Shown here in pieces: positions 20,501 to 29,430 of a stretch of 64,000 nucleotides of DNA. The notes below the pieces were generated by a model. That model had not been told where the DNA came from and did not search any database. It saw only the letters and a program-made list of their open reading frames with translations. Within the stretch, counting starts at the first letter, position 1, and each line of letters opens with the position of its first letter. Source of the stretch: Candidatus Hodarchaeota archaeon (GTDB lineage Archaea > Asgardarchaeota > Lokiarchaeia > Sigyniarchaeales > SOKP01); assembly GCA_048886685.1 (NCBI GenBank), contig JBHLKM010000002.1, forward strand, positions 295,532-359,531. The letters are read 5' to 3'. The translations under genes and the position numbers were made by a program.

Positions 20501-20673
20501 ACACTACTAATATAAAGAAAGCACGAGTAATTAAAGCTGTTTGTAAAGGTTGTGGAGCATGTGTTGTAGAATGTCCAGTTAATGCTATTGATCAAAATCA
20601 CTTTAGCAAGATTCAAATTAATAATATGATTGATTTATTACCAGGAATAGAATTACCGCATTATATTATTTAA
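17563..20673 (+). CDS. hdrA: Large HdrA-family flavo-Fe-S protein with two FAD modules (all-Cys paralogue)
   Basis: GGGIAG, QLDKIFPTLDCSLC, QCVGSR...YCSAICC, FICRCGTNI, ASCTPRTHE, second GGGITG, terminal 2x[4Fe-4S]. Confidence 0.92.
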   Translation: MLKLQSSVLVIGGGIAGIQTSLDLTRLGFKVYLVEIKPTIGGTMAQLDKIFPTLDCSLCILAPKMVDVYRNPNIELFSYSYIKKIRGSAGNYTVTVIKKPRYIKEEICKGCGDCVNVCPIKGIPSEFDTHLKTREGIYIPFPSSVPPVYLIDDRNCLFLNYQICGICAKVCKANAIDFLQKSEEITLNVGAIVIATGYSQEMPENYNTFAGYSPNVLSSMQFERILSANGPTGGQIIKLDDRKPPHSIAFIQCVGSRDVHHPACKKYCSAICCMNSAKEAIVVKEHDLNIECYIINTEIRAKGKNFYEFIERCKSEYNVKYINGRVSYIKEDLDNGKLKLYYEDIDKGTVGTFKVDMAILASALSPTPSYYKLLRQFNVGCNDLGYIREKDIILLEKKNVFVTGYSRKPNDIQMAVAEGSACAAKISEKLCSVRFQNIKKISYPSEIPLTPEDDPRVGIFICRCGTNIGGIVNVPEVVNYVSKLPYVVHVEENMYSCSSDSQERIKELIIKYNLNKFIVASCTPRTHEQLFKNTLREAGLNPFLFELVNIRNQDSWVHQNEPEKATKKACDLIRMYLGKVINSKPLETINVKVEKSSLIIGGGITGITAAHNLANQGFEVYLVEKDSLLGGVALEFIDLYYIPITKNEILQKINDLRNNSDVHIILNSDIVDIQGYVGNYQIKVKNIQDNSEDKTFKVGTIIVATGTRQIRTNRWLDLSERYPKRVLTQKELTAIKDADIPRFKDATIILCVDQRRNEFNEGDNIKTYCSNICCGVALKNIEKLLNNNPNAHIHVLYREFQFSDLNAEHLWRSLRQKVTYEKYRSIDNIKIIEENGRFHIKYKNIGARTDIEYNTDLIILATPKVPADGTEQLAKLLKVPTNKDGFFLEADAKLRPIDFATEGIFLCGGAHWPKWIGESITQAYGAAGRATILMVKGEIEAECITAGINEEKCIGCGRCAEICIYNAIELYDTIKQMGLYTTNIKKARVIKAVCKGCGACVVECPVNAIDQNHFSKIQINNMIDLLPGIELPHYII

Positions 20674-20690
20674 ATAAAGGTGAGTACAGC

Positions 20691-21155
20691 TTGTTAAAAA
20701 CTAAAAAAAAAATAGTTAAGGAATTTGAGCCAACTATTTTAGTTTTTTGTTGTAACTGGTGTAGTTATGCTGGAGCGGATTTAGCAGGAGTGTCAAGATT
20801 TCAATACCCCCCAAACATTAGGATTGTCAGAATTATGTGTTCAAGCAGAGTTGAGCCTATATTTATTTTAAGAGCTTTTGACAATGGAATAGATGGTGTA
20901 TTAATTATTGGATGTCATAAGGGTGATTGTCATTATATACATGGATTTGAATATACTCTAATCAGAATGGAACATTTAAAGAATTTATTAAAAATAATTG
21001 GAATTGAGGAAGGTAGATTTAGGTTACACTCAATTTCAGCAAGTGAGGGGAAACAATTTTCAGAATTAATTATAGAATTTACAGATAAAATTAAAGAGTT
21101 AGGGGAATTAAAAATCCCCAAAAAATTTGGACTAATGGAATTTAAATGTAATTAA
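20691..21155 (+). CDS. mvhD: MvhD-family [2Fe-2S] subunit
   Basis: FCCNWCSYAGADLAG, RIMCSSRV, GCHKGDCHY. Confidence 0.95.
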   Translation: MLKTKKKIVKEFEPTILVFCCNWCSYAGADLAGVSRFQYPPNIRIVRIMCSSRVEPIFILRAFDNGIDGVLIIGCHKGDCHYIHGFEYTLIRMEHLKNLLKIIGIEEGRFRLHSISASEGKQFSELIIEFTDKIKELGELKIPKKFGLMEFKCN

Positions 21156-21163
21156 ATAAAAAT

Positions 21164-22291
21164 TTGAGGATATATATGACAGAATTAAACTCAAAAAAAT
21201 ATTTCGATATTAACATAAAAACTTTTAAAGACCTTGATAATGAAGTTATTAAAACTGATAAATGTTGTAGTTGTGGTGCATGTATAGCTTATTGTGAAAG
21301 TCAGAATTTTAATGTTATTGAGATGGCGGGATATATTCCGAGATTTAAATCAGAAAAAAATGCCTATAATTGTACTGAATGTGGTATCTGCTATTATATA
21401 TGTCCTCAAACATTATCATTATTAAAAGAATTAGAAGATATTCACAGAATAGAAGATAAACTTGGGCATATTATTAAAATTCTCGCAGCTAAAACATCTA
21501 ACGCTACGCTAAAGAAAGTTGGGCAAGATGGGGGTATAGTTTCAACAATATTAACCTATTTATTTGATAAACATAAAATTGATGCCGCCATTGTTTCCGA
21601 ATTTGATAAAAACCTTAAACCAATTCCAAAAATTATATTTGATAAAGAAGATCTGTTGAATTCGGCAGGTACACGTTATTCCATATCTTCTCAAATTATT
21701 CCTTTAAAGGATTTATATCATATTTCAGAAGAAATTCTTATGAAAAAAAGAATCTTTGATATCGATCAACTCCGTATGGGATTCGTAGGAACACCATGTC
21801 AATGTAGAGCAATTAGTAAAATGCAATTTTTACATGTTAAACCAGCTCATATTATAAAATATGTAATAAGTCTTTTTTGTTTTGAAAATTTTGATTATAA
21901 TAAATTATATGATATTTTAAGAAAAGAAACAAATTTAGACCCCAATAATATTAAAAAAGCATGGATAAAGAAGAATTTTTTTATTGCTACTAAGAACAAT
22001 GAGGAATTCGAAGTAAATATTAAAATCCTAAATCCTGCTGTAAGAAAACATTGCCTTGAATGTAATGAATTTACTGGTCGATTTTCAGATATTAGCATTG
22101 GATCATCTGGTGCACCAAAAGAATATTCAATGATAATAACTAGAACAGAAGAGGGGCAGAAAATCATTAAATCCATGCTTTCTTATGGATTAATTGAACA
22201 ATTTATTGCACCAGCTAGCCAAAATGGGGAATGGATAAATAAAAAACTTGAATGGTATAAAAAATTAATTTCTCTTAAGGCAAATAATTAA
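21164..22291 (+). CDS. FrhB/FdhB-family F420-interacting subunit
   Basis: CCSCGACIAYC, CTECGICYYICP, GQDGGIVS, GTPCQ, LFC, CLECNEFTGRFSDISIG. Confidence 0.9.
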   Translation: MRIYMTELNSKKYFDINIKTFKDLDNEVIKTDKCCSCGACIAYCESQNFNVIEMAGYIPRFKSEKNAYNCTECGICYYICPQTLSLLKELEDIHRIEDKLGHIIKILAAKTSNATLKKVGQDGGIVSTILTYLFDKHKIDAAIVSEFDKNLKPIPKIIFDKEDLLNSAGTRYSISSQIIPLKDLYHISEEILMKKRIFDIDQLRMGFVGTPCQCRAISKMQFLHVKPAHIIKYVISLFCFENFDYNKLYDILRKETNLDPNNIKKAWIKKNFFIATKNNEEFEVNIKILNPAVRKHCLECNEFTGRFSDISIGSSGAPKEYSMIITRTEEGQKIIKSMLSYGLIEQFIAPASQNGEWINKKLEWYKKLISLKANN

Positions 22292-22357
22292 GATTTCCTT
22301 TGAAATTTAATATAAAGAATTTCAATAATTTAGAAAAAATTAAAGTTTTTGTTTATT

Positions 22358-22428
22358 TCTGAAAACCCACACTATGGGTTAGTTCCCCCTCAACTATAGT
22401 TTTTTTGAAAGGATCATCCTTTTTCAGA
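22358..22428 (-). promoter_or_regulatory. SECIS-like element (eukaryote-type AUGA...AA...GA hairpin) overlapping the hdrA stop codon
   Basis: Minus strand: UCUGAAAA AGG AUGA UCCUUUC AAAAA AAC UAUA GUU GAGGGG GA ACU AACCCA UAGUG UGGG UUUUCAGA. AUGA/GA core, upper stem with one bulge, unpaired As, apical mini-helix, closing 8-bp helix. Confidence 0.7.
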
Positions 22429-24465
22429 TAATATTTTATGAGGAGCTAGTGCTTCAATCTTTTTCCAAATAAGTTCAATAGATTCGATATACTGTTCCTT
22501 ATATTCAAGTTCAGTACTACAGATTCCTTTCATTTCTTCAATAATTTGTTTGTCTCTATAATATTTGAGATCAATTGCACGAGCTGGACATGAAGATACA
22601 CAAACCCCGCAACCTTTACACTTTAAATCATCTACTTCCGCAATATCTTCTCCATTGACTGTGATTGCTTTATTAACACAGAGCTTCTCACATCTATGAC
22701 AACCCATGCACAGATTTTCATCTATTTCAGCAATAATTAATTCTTGAATTATTGAATCTTTAGAAATTAATGTTGAAACCTTACTTGCAGCGGCTAACGC
22801 TGTTGATACTGAATAAGGGATATTTTTGGGTCCGGCGGCACATCCACATATATAAATGCCCATATTATTTGTCTCTTGAGGTTTTAAGCATCCATGAACT
22901 TCTGTCAAAAATCCGTTCATATCTTTACTTAAACCCAAAATCTCAATTATTTCAGCTGTGCCTTTAGAAGGGACCATGCCTGTTGATAAAACAACTAAAT
23001 CGGTATTCATTATAATGAAATCATTTGTTAAAGTTGAAGCAGCAGTAATCCTAATCTTTTTTGTTGCAGGATCTTCTCGTATATCTCCCACTTTTCCCCG
23101 AATCATCATTATGCCTGCTTCTCTCGCTTTTCTATAATATTCCTCATTTCCTTTATCCCATGCCCGTATATCTATATAAAAAATAGTAATCTCCATATTA
23201 GGATATTCTTGTTTTAACAATTGAGCATTTTTAAGAGCAACACTGCAGCATACTACTGAACAATATGGATTACCTTTTAAAGTTCTTGAACCAACACATT
23301 GAATCATAGCTACTGTTTTAGGGATCTTTCCATCAGAAATCCTATATATATGACCTCCTGTAGGTCCAACTGGACTTAACATTCGTTCTAACTCTATTTG
23401 TGTAATTACATTGGGATAAATCCCATATTTATATTCATTATTTTTCATAATTGGGTATTCATCCCATCCTGTGGCAATAATTACTGCTCCAACTTTTAAT
23501 GTAATATCTTTTGGGGTTTGTTCAAATTCAATAGCTTCAGCGGGGCAAATTCTTTGACAATTTTTACATTCTATTCATACACTCCTATCAATTAGAGCTA
23601 CTTTTGGTACTGATTGGGGAAAAGGTATGTAAATTGCTTTTCGTTCGCCAATACCTCTGTTAAATTCGTTAGGTACTTCTATTGGTCATTTCGTTGTACA
23701 TAATTCACAACCAGTACACTTGTTTTCATTAATATATCGAGGTTTTTTATGTATTTTAACATTATAATTTCCAGGTATGCCGCTGAATTTACTAATTTCG
23801 CTATAGGTAAATAATGTTATATTTGGATGTTTTGAGACACTTACCATAATAGGTGCTAGAACTCATATCGCACAATCATCAGTGGGATAAATTCGATCTA
23901 ATTTTGCCATTTTTCCACCAATAGTGGCTTCTTTTTCGACTAAATACACATTTATTCCTTGATTTGCTAAATCTAATGCAGCATTCATCCCTGCAATACC
24001 AGCGCCGATAATTAATACAGATTTTTCTACTGATACTCTTTTATTAGGTATGATTTCTAATTCTCTAGCACGATTTATCCCTGCTTGCACTAACCTTATA
24101 GCTTTTTCAGTAATTCTTTTCTTATTTCCCGAGTGAGCAAATGAGCATTGTTCGCGAAGATTAACCATTTGGAAATAATATGGGTTTAAACCCGCTTCAG
24201 CTAGCACTGCTCGATAAGTAGATTCATGAATTTTAGGTGTACAAGCTGCCACAACAACACGATTTAAGTCTAAATCTAAAATATCGTTTTTGATAATATT
24301 TTGTCCTGGATTGCTGCAAGTAAAATTGTTCACTCTAGCAACAATAATACCAGGGAGTGCCTCAACATAATCTCTAATAAGCTCGCAATCGATACTGTTA
24401 CTAATATTAACTCCTCATCTACAGATATAGAATCCAATTCTAACATTGGTCTGTTTTTCAGACAT
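22414..24465 (-). CDS. hdrA: Selenocysteine-containing HdrA, 683 aa, four in-frame UGA (codons 17, 201, 260, 297)
   Basis: Joins ORFs 23863..24333 and 22414..23448 in one frame from ATG 24465. UGA at 24415-17 (YICR-U-GVNI), 23863-65 (DDCAI-U-VLAP), 23686-88 ([12 protein letters not shown]) and 23575-77 ([12 protein letters not shown]). All align to Cys of the neighbouring HdrA; no other stops or frameshifts. Confidence 0.93.
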
Positions 24466-24905
24466 TTAATCTACCTTTTTCAACTATCACCTAATATTTT
24501 TCATGATAAAATTTCAAAATTCTGAGTAAAGAAAAACAAAAATTTGCTAAAAGGTAATTATAATTACTTCTGATGATATTTTCCGATTAAATAATGAGCT
24601 AAGAGAAATTTAAAAAATTTGATAAGACAAATTTTGATTATTTTGATAAATTTATTTATCAATCCTTTTATTAAAATTATGGATCTGATCCTTATCTGAT
24701 CTTTTTCGTATCAATATATTATCACTTTTCAAATGTATGATGGAATTCTTAATTATTGGTCTTAATGATCCTTGATCATAATAAGGATGAAAAGGATCAC
24801 ATTTATATATTATGACAATTATTTTTATCATAGAGATCATTTATTTTATTAAAATAGTCAAAAGAATTTTTAAAATGATTAATCTTAAATTGGTGATTTT
24901 TAATA

Positions 24906-26063
24906 ATGAAAATAAAAAACTTTCAGGATTTAATTAAAGAGGTTCATGAGCCTGGCATCTGTCAACAATGTGGGGGCTGCATAAGTTTTTGTAATTCAAT
25001 TGAAAATGAAGTAATTGGTTTTAAAGATCTAAATTCGCCTCCTGAATATTTAAATAAGGAAAAATGTCTTGAATGTGGAATTTGCTATTTAATTTGTCCA
25101 CAAACGCATACTCTAGACGAAGATCTTAATATTACATACAAATTTTCAGGCTTTTCGTCAATGCCATTAGGTTTTCTTGAAAATGTTTACTCTTGTCAGG
25201 CTGTGGATAATGATTTTCTAAAATATGGAACAGACGGTGGGGTTGTAAACTCAATAATAAATTATTTAATAGAAAAAAGAATAATTGATGGCGCAATAGT
25301 TGCAAAAACAAAATCACCATTCTCTAGAGAAGCTATAATAGCTAAAAGTAAAGAAGATTTAATCAAAGCTTCTGGTGTCAAGTTAGATATATCAGCACAA
25401 TTAGATAGCGTCCAGAAATTTCATACATATACAAATTCATTACCTAAATTAAGGAGTGTCAAATTCAAGAAATTAGCACTGGTAGGGACCCCATGTCAAA
25501 TTTATACAATTAGATGTATGCAAAATTTAGGCATCATTCCATCAGAGAATATAGAAATTTGTTTAGGATTATTTTGTTTCGAGAATTTCTTCTTTGACGA
25601 AATAAAAGTTAGGCAATTCGAAGAAGAATTTAATATTAAATTTAAAGATATTGAAAAAATAAACATTAAGGCAGATCTAATTATTAAATTAAAAGATGAA
25701 GTAGCTCGTCGCAAAATAATCCATATACCATTTGAAAGATTAACTGAATACATCCGTCCAGCTTGCACCGTGTGTAATGATTTCACGAATATTTATGCCG
25801 ATGTTTCTTTTGGGGGATTGGGTTCCCCGGATAAATTTACGACTGTAATTATTCGTACTAAAAAAGGAAAAGATATAATTAATATGGCGATAAAAGCAGA
25901 TGTAATTAAACGTTTAAAATTAAATGTAATTGACAAAAAAGAAATGAAAGAAAAAATTACACAATTCTCTCAATTAAAATTAATACGAGCAGAAAAAAAT
26001 ATGAGAGATATTTTGATAACAAGGAGATCCTCATTATCAACCTCAGCAATTAATGAAGAATAA
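24906..26063 (+). CDS. FrhB/FdhB-family F420-interacting subunit
   Basis: CQQCGGCISFC, CLECGICYLICP, GTDGGVV, GTPCQ, GLFC, CTVCNDFTNIYADVSFG. Confidence 0.9.
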   Translation: MKIKNFQDLIKEVHEPGICQQCGGCISFCNSIENEVIGFKDLNSPPEYLNKEKCLECGICYLICPQTHTLDEDLNITYKFSGFSSMPLGFLENVYSCQAVDNDFLKYGTDGGVVNSIINYLIEKRIIDGAIVAKTKSPFSREAIIAKSKEDLIKASGVKLDISAQLDSVQKFHTYTNSLPKLRSVKFKKLALVGTPCQIYTIRCMQNLGIIPSENIEICLGLFCFENFFFDEIKVRQFEEEFNIKFKDIEKINIKADLIIKLKDEVARRKIIHIPFERLTEYIRPACTVCNDFTNIYADVSFGGLGSPDKFTTVIIRTKKGKDIINMAIKADVIKRLKLNVIDKKEMKEKITQFSQLKLIRAEKNMRDILITRRSSLSTSAINEE

Positions 26064-26132
26064 TTATTAAATCCCATATTAGAATAATTAATTTATTTAT
26101 CTGAAATTGGGAAAAAAGAGGTAGACTAAATT

Positions 26133-28682
26133 ATGGATATATACACAATATTATCTCATCCATTCAGAAGAAAAATCTTATTTCTTCTTGAAAAGGAGGG
26201 CTATATTCCCTATACAGATTTAATGGAAAAACTTGGTTTAGAAACAACAGGACAACTAAATTTTCATCTGAAGAAGATCGGTTCATTAATAAATAAAGAC
26301 AAAAAATCATATTTTCTTACTGAAGATGGTAAACGCGTACTTAAAATTCTCAATCTCAACAAAAGAATTTTATCAGGAGAAAATATTGATGAGTATTTAG
26401 ACTCTAGGGGAAGCGAGATAAGCAGGATTGGAGTAATCATTTGTTATTGCAATACAGAAATTTCAAAGGTAATAAATATAACTGCCCTTGAAAATTATAT
26501 AAATAAGTTAAGAAAGGTAGTTTCGGTAAAGGTCTTTGAAAACTTATGTCAGCAAAAAAATTTTAATAGAATTGGTAAATGGGTTAAAGATAATTTTTTG
26601 AATAAAATTGTGATAGCTGCATGTTCTCCAAGAACACATCAACATCTTTTTGAACGAATTTTTGAGAAAACTATTGATCGAGCTAATTTAGAAATAGCTA
26701 ATATTAGGGAACAATGTTGTTGGGTCCATCAATCTAAAATATATCAAACAGATCTCTCATTTTTATTAGAAAAAACTAAATTATTAATTGAAGCAGCTGT
26801 TGAACGGGTAAGTCTTCAAAAAAAAGTAAAAATTAAGAGAGTTGAAGTAGAAAAGAGTTGTGCAATTTTAGGTGGGGGAATTGCTGGTATAACACTTGCC
26901 TTAAATTTAGCTCGAGCTGGAATTGAAGTATATCTCATTGAAAAATCACCTACCTTGGGAGGTAAGGTAGCCAGATGGCACCGAATCCATAATATGGGTG
27001 ATTGTTCAATATGTCTCATTTCAGAATTGATAGGTGAATTAGTAAATGAGAAAAAAATAAAGATTTATACTAATACTGAAATTGAAAATGTATCAGGTGA
27101 AGTTGGAAATTTCACAATTAAATTGATTAAAAAACCTCGATATATTAATGTGAAAAAATGTACTGGATGTAAACAATGTTTAGAAGTTTGTAGTATAGAA
27201 AAGACAAATCAATATGAATTTGGTTTAACTAATCGAAAAATCATATATATCCCTTTTATTCATTCGTATCCCTATGTTCCTTTGATTGATGAAGAAGATA
27301 TAAAAAATTGTCTTAATTGTAGAATTTGTGAACGTGTATGTGAAAATAAAGCAATAGATTTGACTCAAAAAGAAGAAAAAATCGAAATCAAAGTTGGAAC
27401 TAAAGTAATTGCGATTGGTTCTGACTTTTACGAGGATTTAGAGGATTATCATTATAATTCCAAAAAAAATATAATAACATCAATGGAATTTGAACGAATA
27501 TTATCTTCTGATGGCATCACTGAAGGAAAGCTTTTAACGTTATCAGATAAAAAACCAATAGAATCAATTTCTATCATTCAAGAGGTTGGTCCATCAAAAT
27601 ATCTTGCTGATTACTCAGAAATCTTAGCACAAAAATATATTGAGGATATTAAAATAAAAAATCCTGATTGCGAAGTTAATGTCTTTTATGATTTAAGTAA
27701 ATTAAAAGATAAGGATGAGATTTTATTAAGATCATCTAATCCAAGATTTATATATGCAGACAAAATTACAATTGAGACCAATAAAGATCTAAATTACATT
27801 GTTGCTGATAATATTAAGTTTCCAAGTGATTTAATTGTATTAAATCTAAAATTTATCCCTAATAAAGATTTAAAAAACCTTCGAAAATATATGGATTTTA
27901 CATTAGATGATAATGGATTTATGAGTGAGGAAACATTAGCATCTGGAATTTATGGTGTTGGGACGATTTTTGGTCCATTAAATTATAATTCTACAATTTC
28001 AACAGCTAACAATACTGCATTAAAAATTATTTCATTGCTTTCTAAAGAATATTTAATTGCAGAGTTTACAGGGATAGAAATTGATGAAAATAAATGTGGT
28101 TTGTGTGGTTTGTGTTCTAAAATTTGTCCTTATAATGCTATTACAACAGAATCAGACAAAATAAGTATAGACAAATTTAAGTGTAAAGGCTGTGGTACAT
28201 GCGCTAGTGTGTGTCCAACAAATGCAATAGATTTAAACTTAGACTCTTCTGAGAAGATTTTAAAGACAATTGAAATTTTTTCGAAATTCAGAGCACAACC
28301 AAAAATTCTTGCCTTCTGTTGCGCATCTTGCGGATATGCTGCAGCTGATGATGCTGGTCTTAAGAAGGTCTCCTATAATCCAAATACTTTTATCGTTCGG
28401 GTTCCATGTACAGGACGTATTGATACAAATTTTATTATTAAATCATTTGAGCTCGGATTCGATGGAGTAATGATAATTGGCTGTAGACAAGATGCATGCA
28501 GATATATTGACGGAATAGAAAAAGTAAAGAAAAAAATTATGTTATTAAAGAATATCATACTGCCGAAATATAAAGATCGAATAGTCCTTGAACATTTAAA
28601 TGCTGTAGAGGGTACCAAATTTGCTGAAATCTCAAATAAATTATATAACAAATTAGTCGAGGAGATTAAATTTGAAACCTAG
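26133..28682 (+). CDS. Fusion: ArsR-like winged helix + degenerate HdrA + MvhD
   Basis: N-terminal LSHPFRRKILFLL...TGQLNFHLKKI...YFLTEDG; HdrA motifs IICYC, AACSPRTH, NIREQC, GGGIAG, four ferredoxin motifs; C-terminal AFCCASCGYAAAD, RVPCTGR, GCRQDACRY. Confidence 0.9.
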   Translation: MDIYTILSHPFRRKILFLLEKEGYIPYTDLMEKLGLETTGQLNFHLKKIGSLINKDKKSYFLTEDGKRVLKILNLNKRILSGENIDEYLDSRGSEISRIGVIICYCNTEISKVINITALENYINKLRKVVSVKVFENLCQQKNFNRIGKWVKDNFLNKIVIAACSPRTHQHLFERIFEKTIDRANLEIANIREQCCWVHQSKIYQTDLSFLLEKTKLLIEAAVERVSLQKKVKIKRVEVEKSCAILGGGIAGITLALNLARAGIEVYLIEKSPTLGGKVARWHRIHNMGDCSICLISELIGELVNEKKIKIYTNTEIENVSGEVGNFTIKLIKKPRYINVKKCTGCKQCLEVCSIEKTNQYEFGLTNRKIIYIPFIHSYPYVPLIDEEDIKNCLNCRICERVCENKAIDLTQKEEKIEIKVGTKVIAIGSDFYEDLEDYHYNSKKNIITSMEFERILSSDGITEGKLLTLSDKKPIESISIIQEVGPSKYLADYSEILAQKYIEDIKIKNPDCEVNVFYDLSKLKDKDEILLRSSNPRFIYADKITIETNKDLNYIVADNIKFPSDLIVLNLKFIPNKDLKNLRKYMDFTLDDNGFMSEETLASGIYGVGTIFGPLNYNSTISTANNTALKIISLLSKEYLIAEFTGIEIDENKCGLCGLCSKICPYNAITTESDKISIDKFKCKGCGTCASVCPTNAIDLNLDSSEKILKTIEIFSKFRAQPKILAFCCASCGYAAADDAGLKKVSYNPNTFIVRVPCTGRIDTNFIIKSFELGFDGVMIIGCRQDACRYIDGIEKVKKKIMLLKNIILPKYKDRIVLEHLNAVEGTKFAEISNKLYNKLVEEIKFET

Positions 28683-29430
28683 ATTTATAATAATTTCTCT
28701 AACTTCGTGTAGTGGTTGCATCTCAACTATTATGTCTTTAGATATTTTTCCACAATTCCTTAAGAGAACTATAATAACTTATTTTCCCTTTATTTCAGAT
28801 TTAAAAGACATTGAAGAATGTGATATTGCTTTAGTAGAAGGTTGTATTTCTGAAGAATCTCAAATTATATTCCTTCGAGAAGTTAGAAGATATGCCAAAA
28901 AAGTCTATGCCTTAGGAACATGTTCTAGTTTTGGAGGGATTTTAAGTCTTTCAAATTCAAAAATAGTAGGACCAATCTCTAATTATATTGAGATTGAGGG
29001 TATTATTCCTGGTTGCCCACCTCCTTCTAAACTACTTGGAAACAGTCTAATCAGATTGGTTGAAAACAAAGATATAATATTATCTGAAAAAAATATGTGT
29101 GCCAATTGCCCATCAAGGGGAAACATGGAAATAAATTCTCATATAAATATCTCTAAGATTAATCCAGATCCAGAAGAGATTGATCTTAATAAGGAAAATT
29201 CTGAATGTTTTTTAAAGAAAGGTATTTTATGTTTAGGACCAGTAACCCGTGATGGATGTGAATTTAATTGTATAAAAATGGGGCTTCCGTGTGAGGGATG
29301 TATAGGGCCGGTATCAAAAGATTTCACTTCAAACATTATTAATTTTTTGAGTTTGATAGAATTATCTCAGGAGCTAAAAGAATATACAGGGATTTTTTAT
29401 CGATTTTCAAAACCAAAATTGAAAGGGTGA
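28672..29430 (+). CDS. [NiFe]-hydrogenase small subunit (MvhG-like, group 3)
   Basis: LTSCSGC, VEG, LGTC, IPGCPP, CANCP, CLGPVTRDGC...PCEGCIGP; overlaps the upstream stop. Confidence 0.9.
   Translation: MKPRFIIISLTSCSGCISTIMSLDIFPQFLKRTIITYFPFISDLKDIEECDIALVEGCISEESQIIFLREVRRYAKKVYALGTCSSFGGILSLSNSKIVGPISNYIEIEGIIPGCPPPSKLLGNSLIRLVENKDIILSEKNMCANCPSRGNMEINSHINISKINPDPEEIDLNKENSECFLKKGILCLGPVTRDGCEFNCIKMGLPCEGCIGPVSKDFTSNIINFLSLIELSQELKEYTGIFYRFSKPKLKG

Noticed and set aside
20691-21155. Sec-type VhuD or split VhuU hydrogenase peptide
   Set aside because: This MvhD and the hydrogenase large subunit (29427..30740) have Cys at all ligand positions, with no internal UGA.
22414-24465. hdrA as a pseudogene, or genome-wide UGA reassignment
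   Set aside because: All four stops are UGA at Cys sites with no other lesions; UGA ends many other genes at their expected C-termini, and Trp uses TGG.
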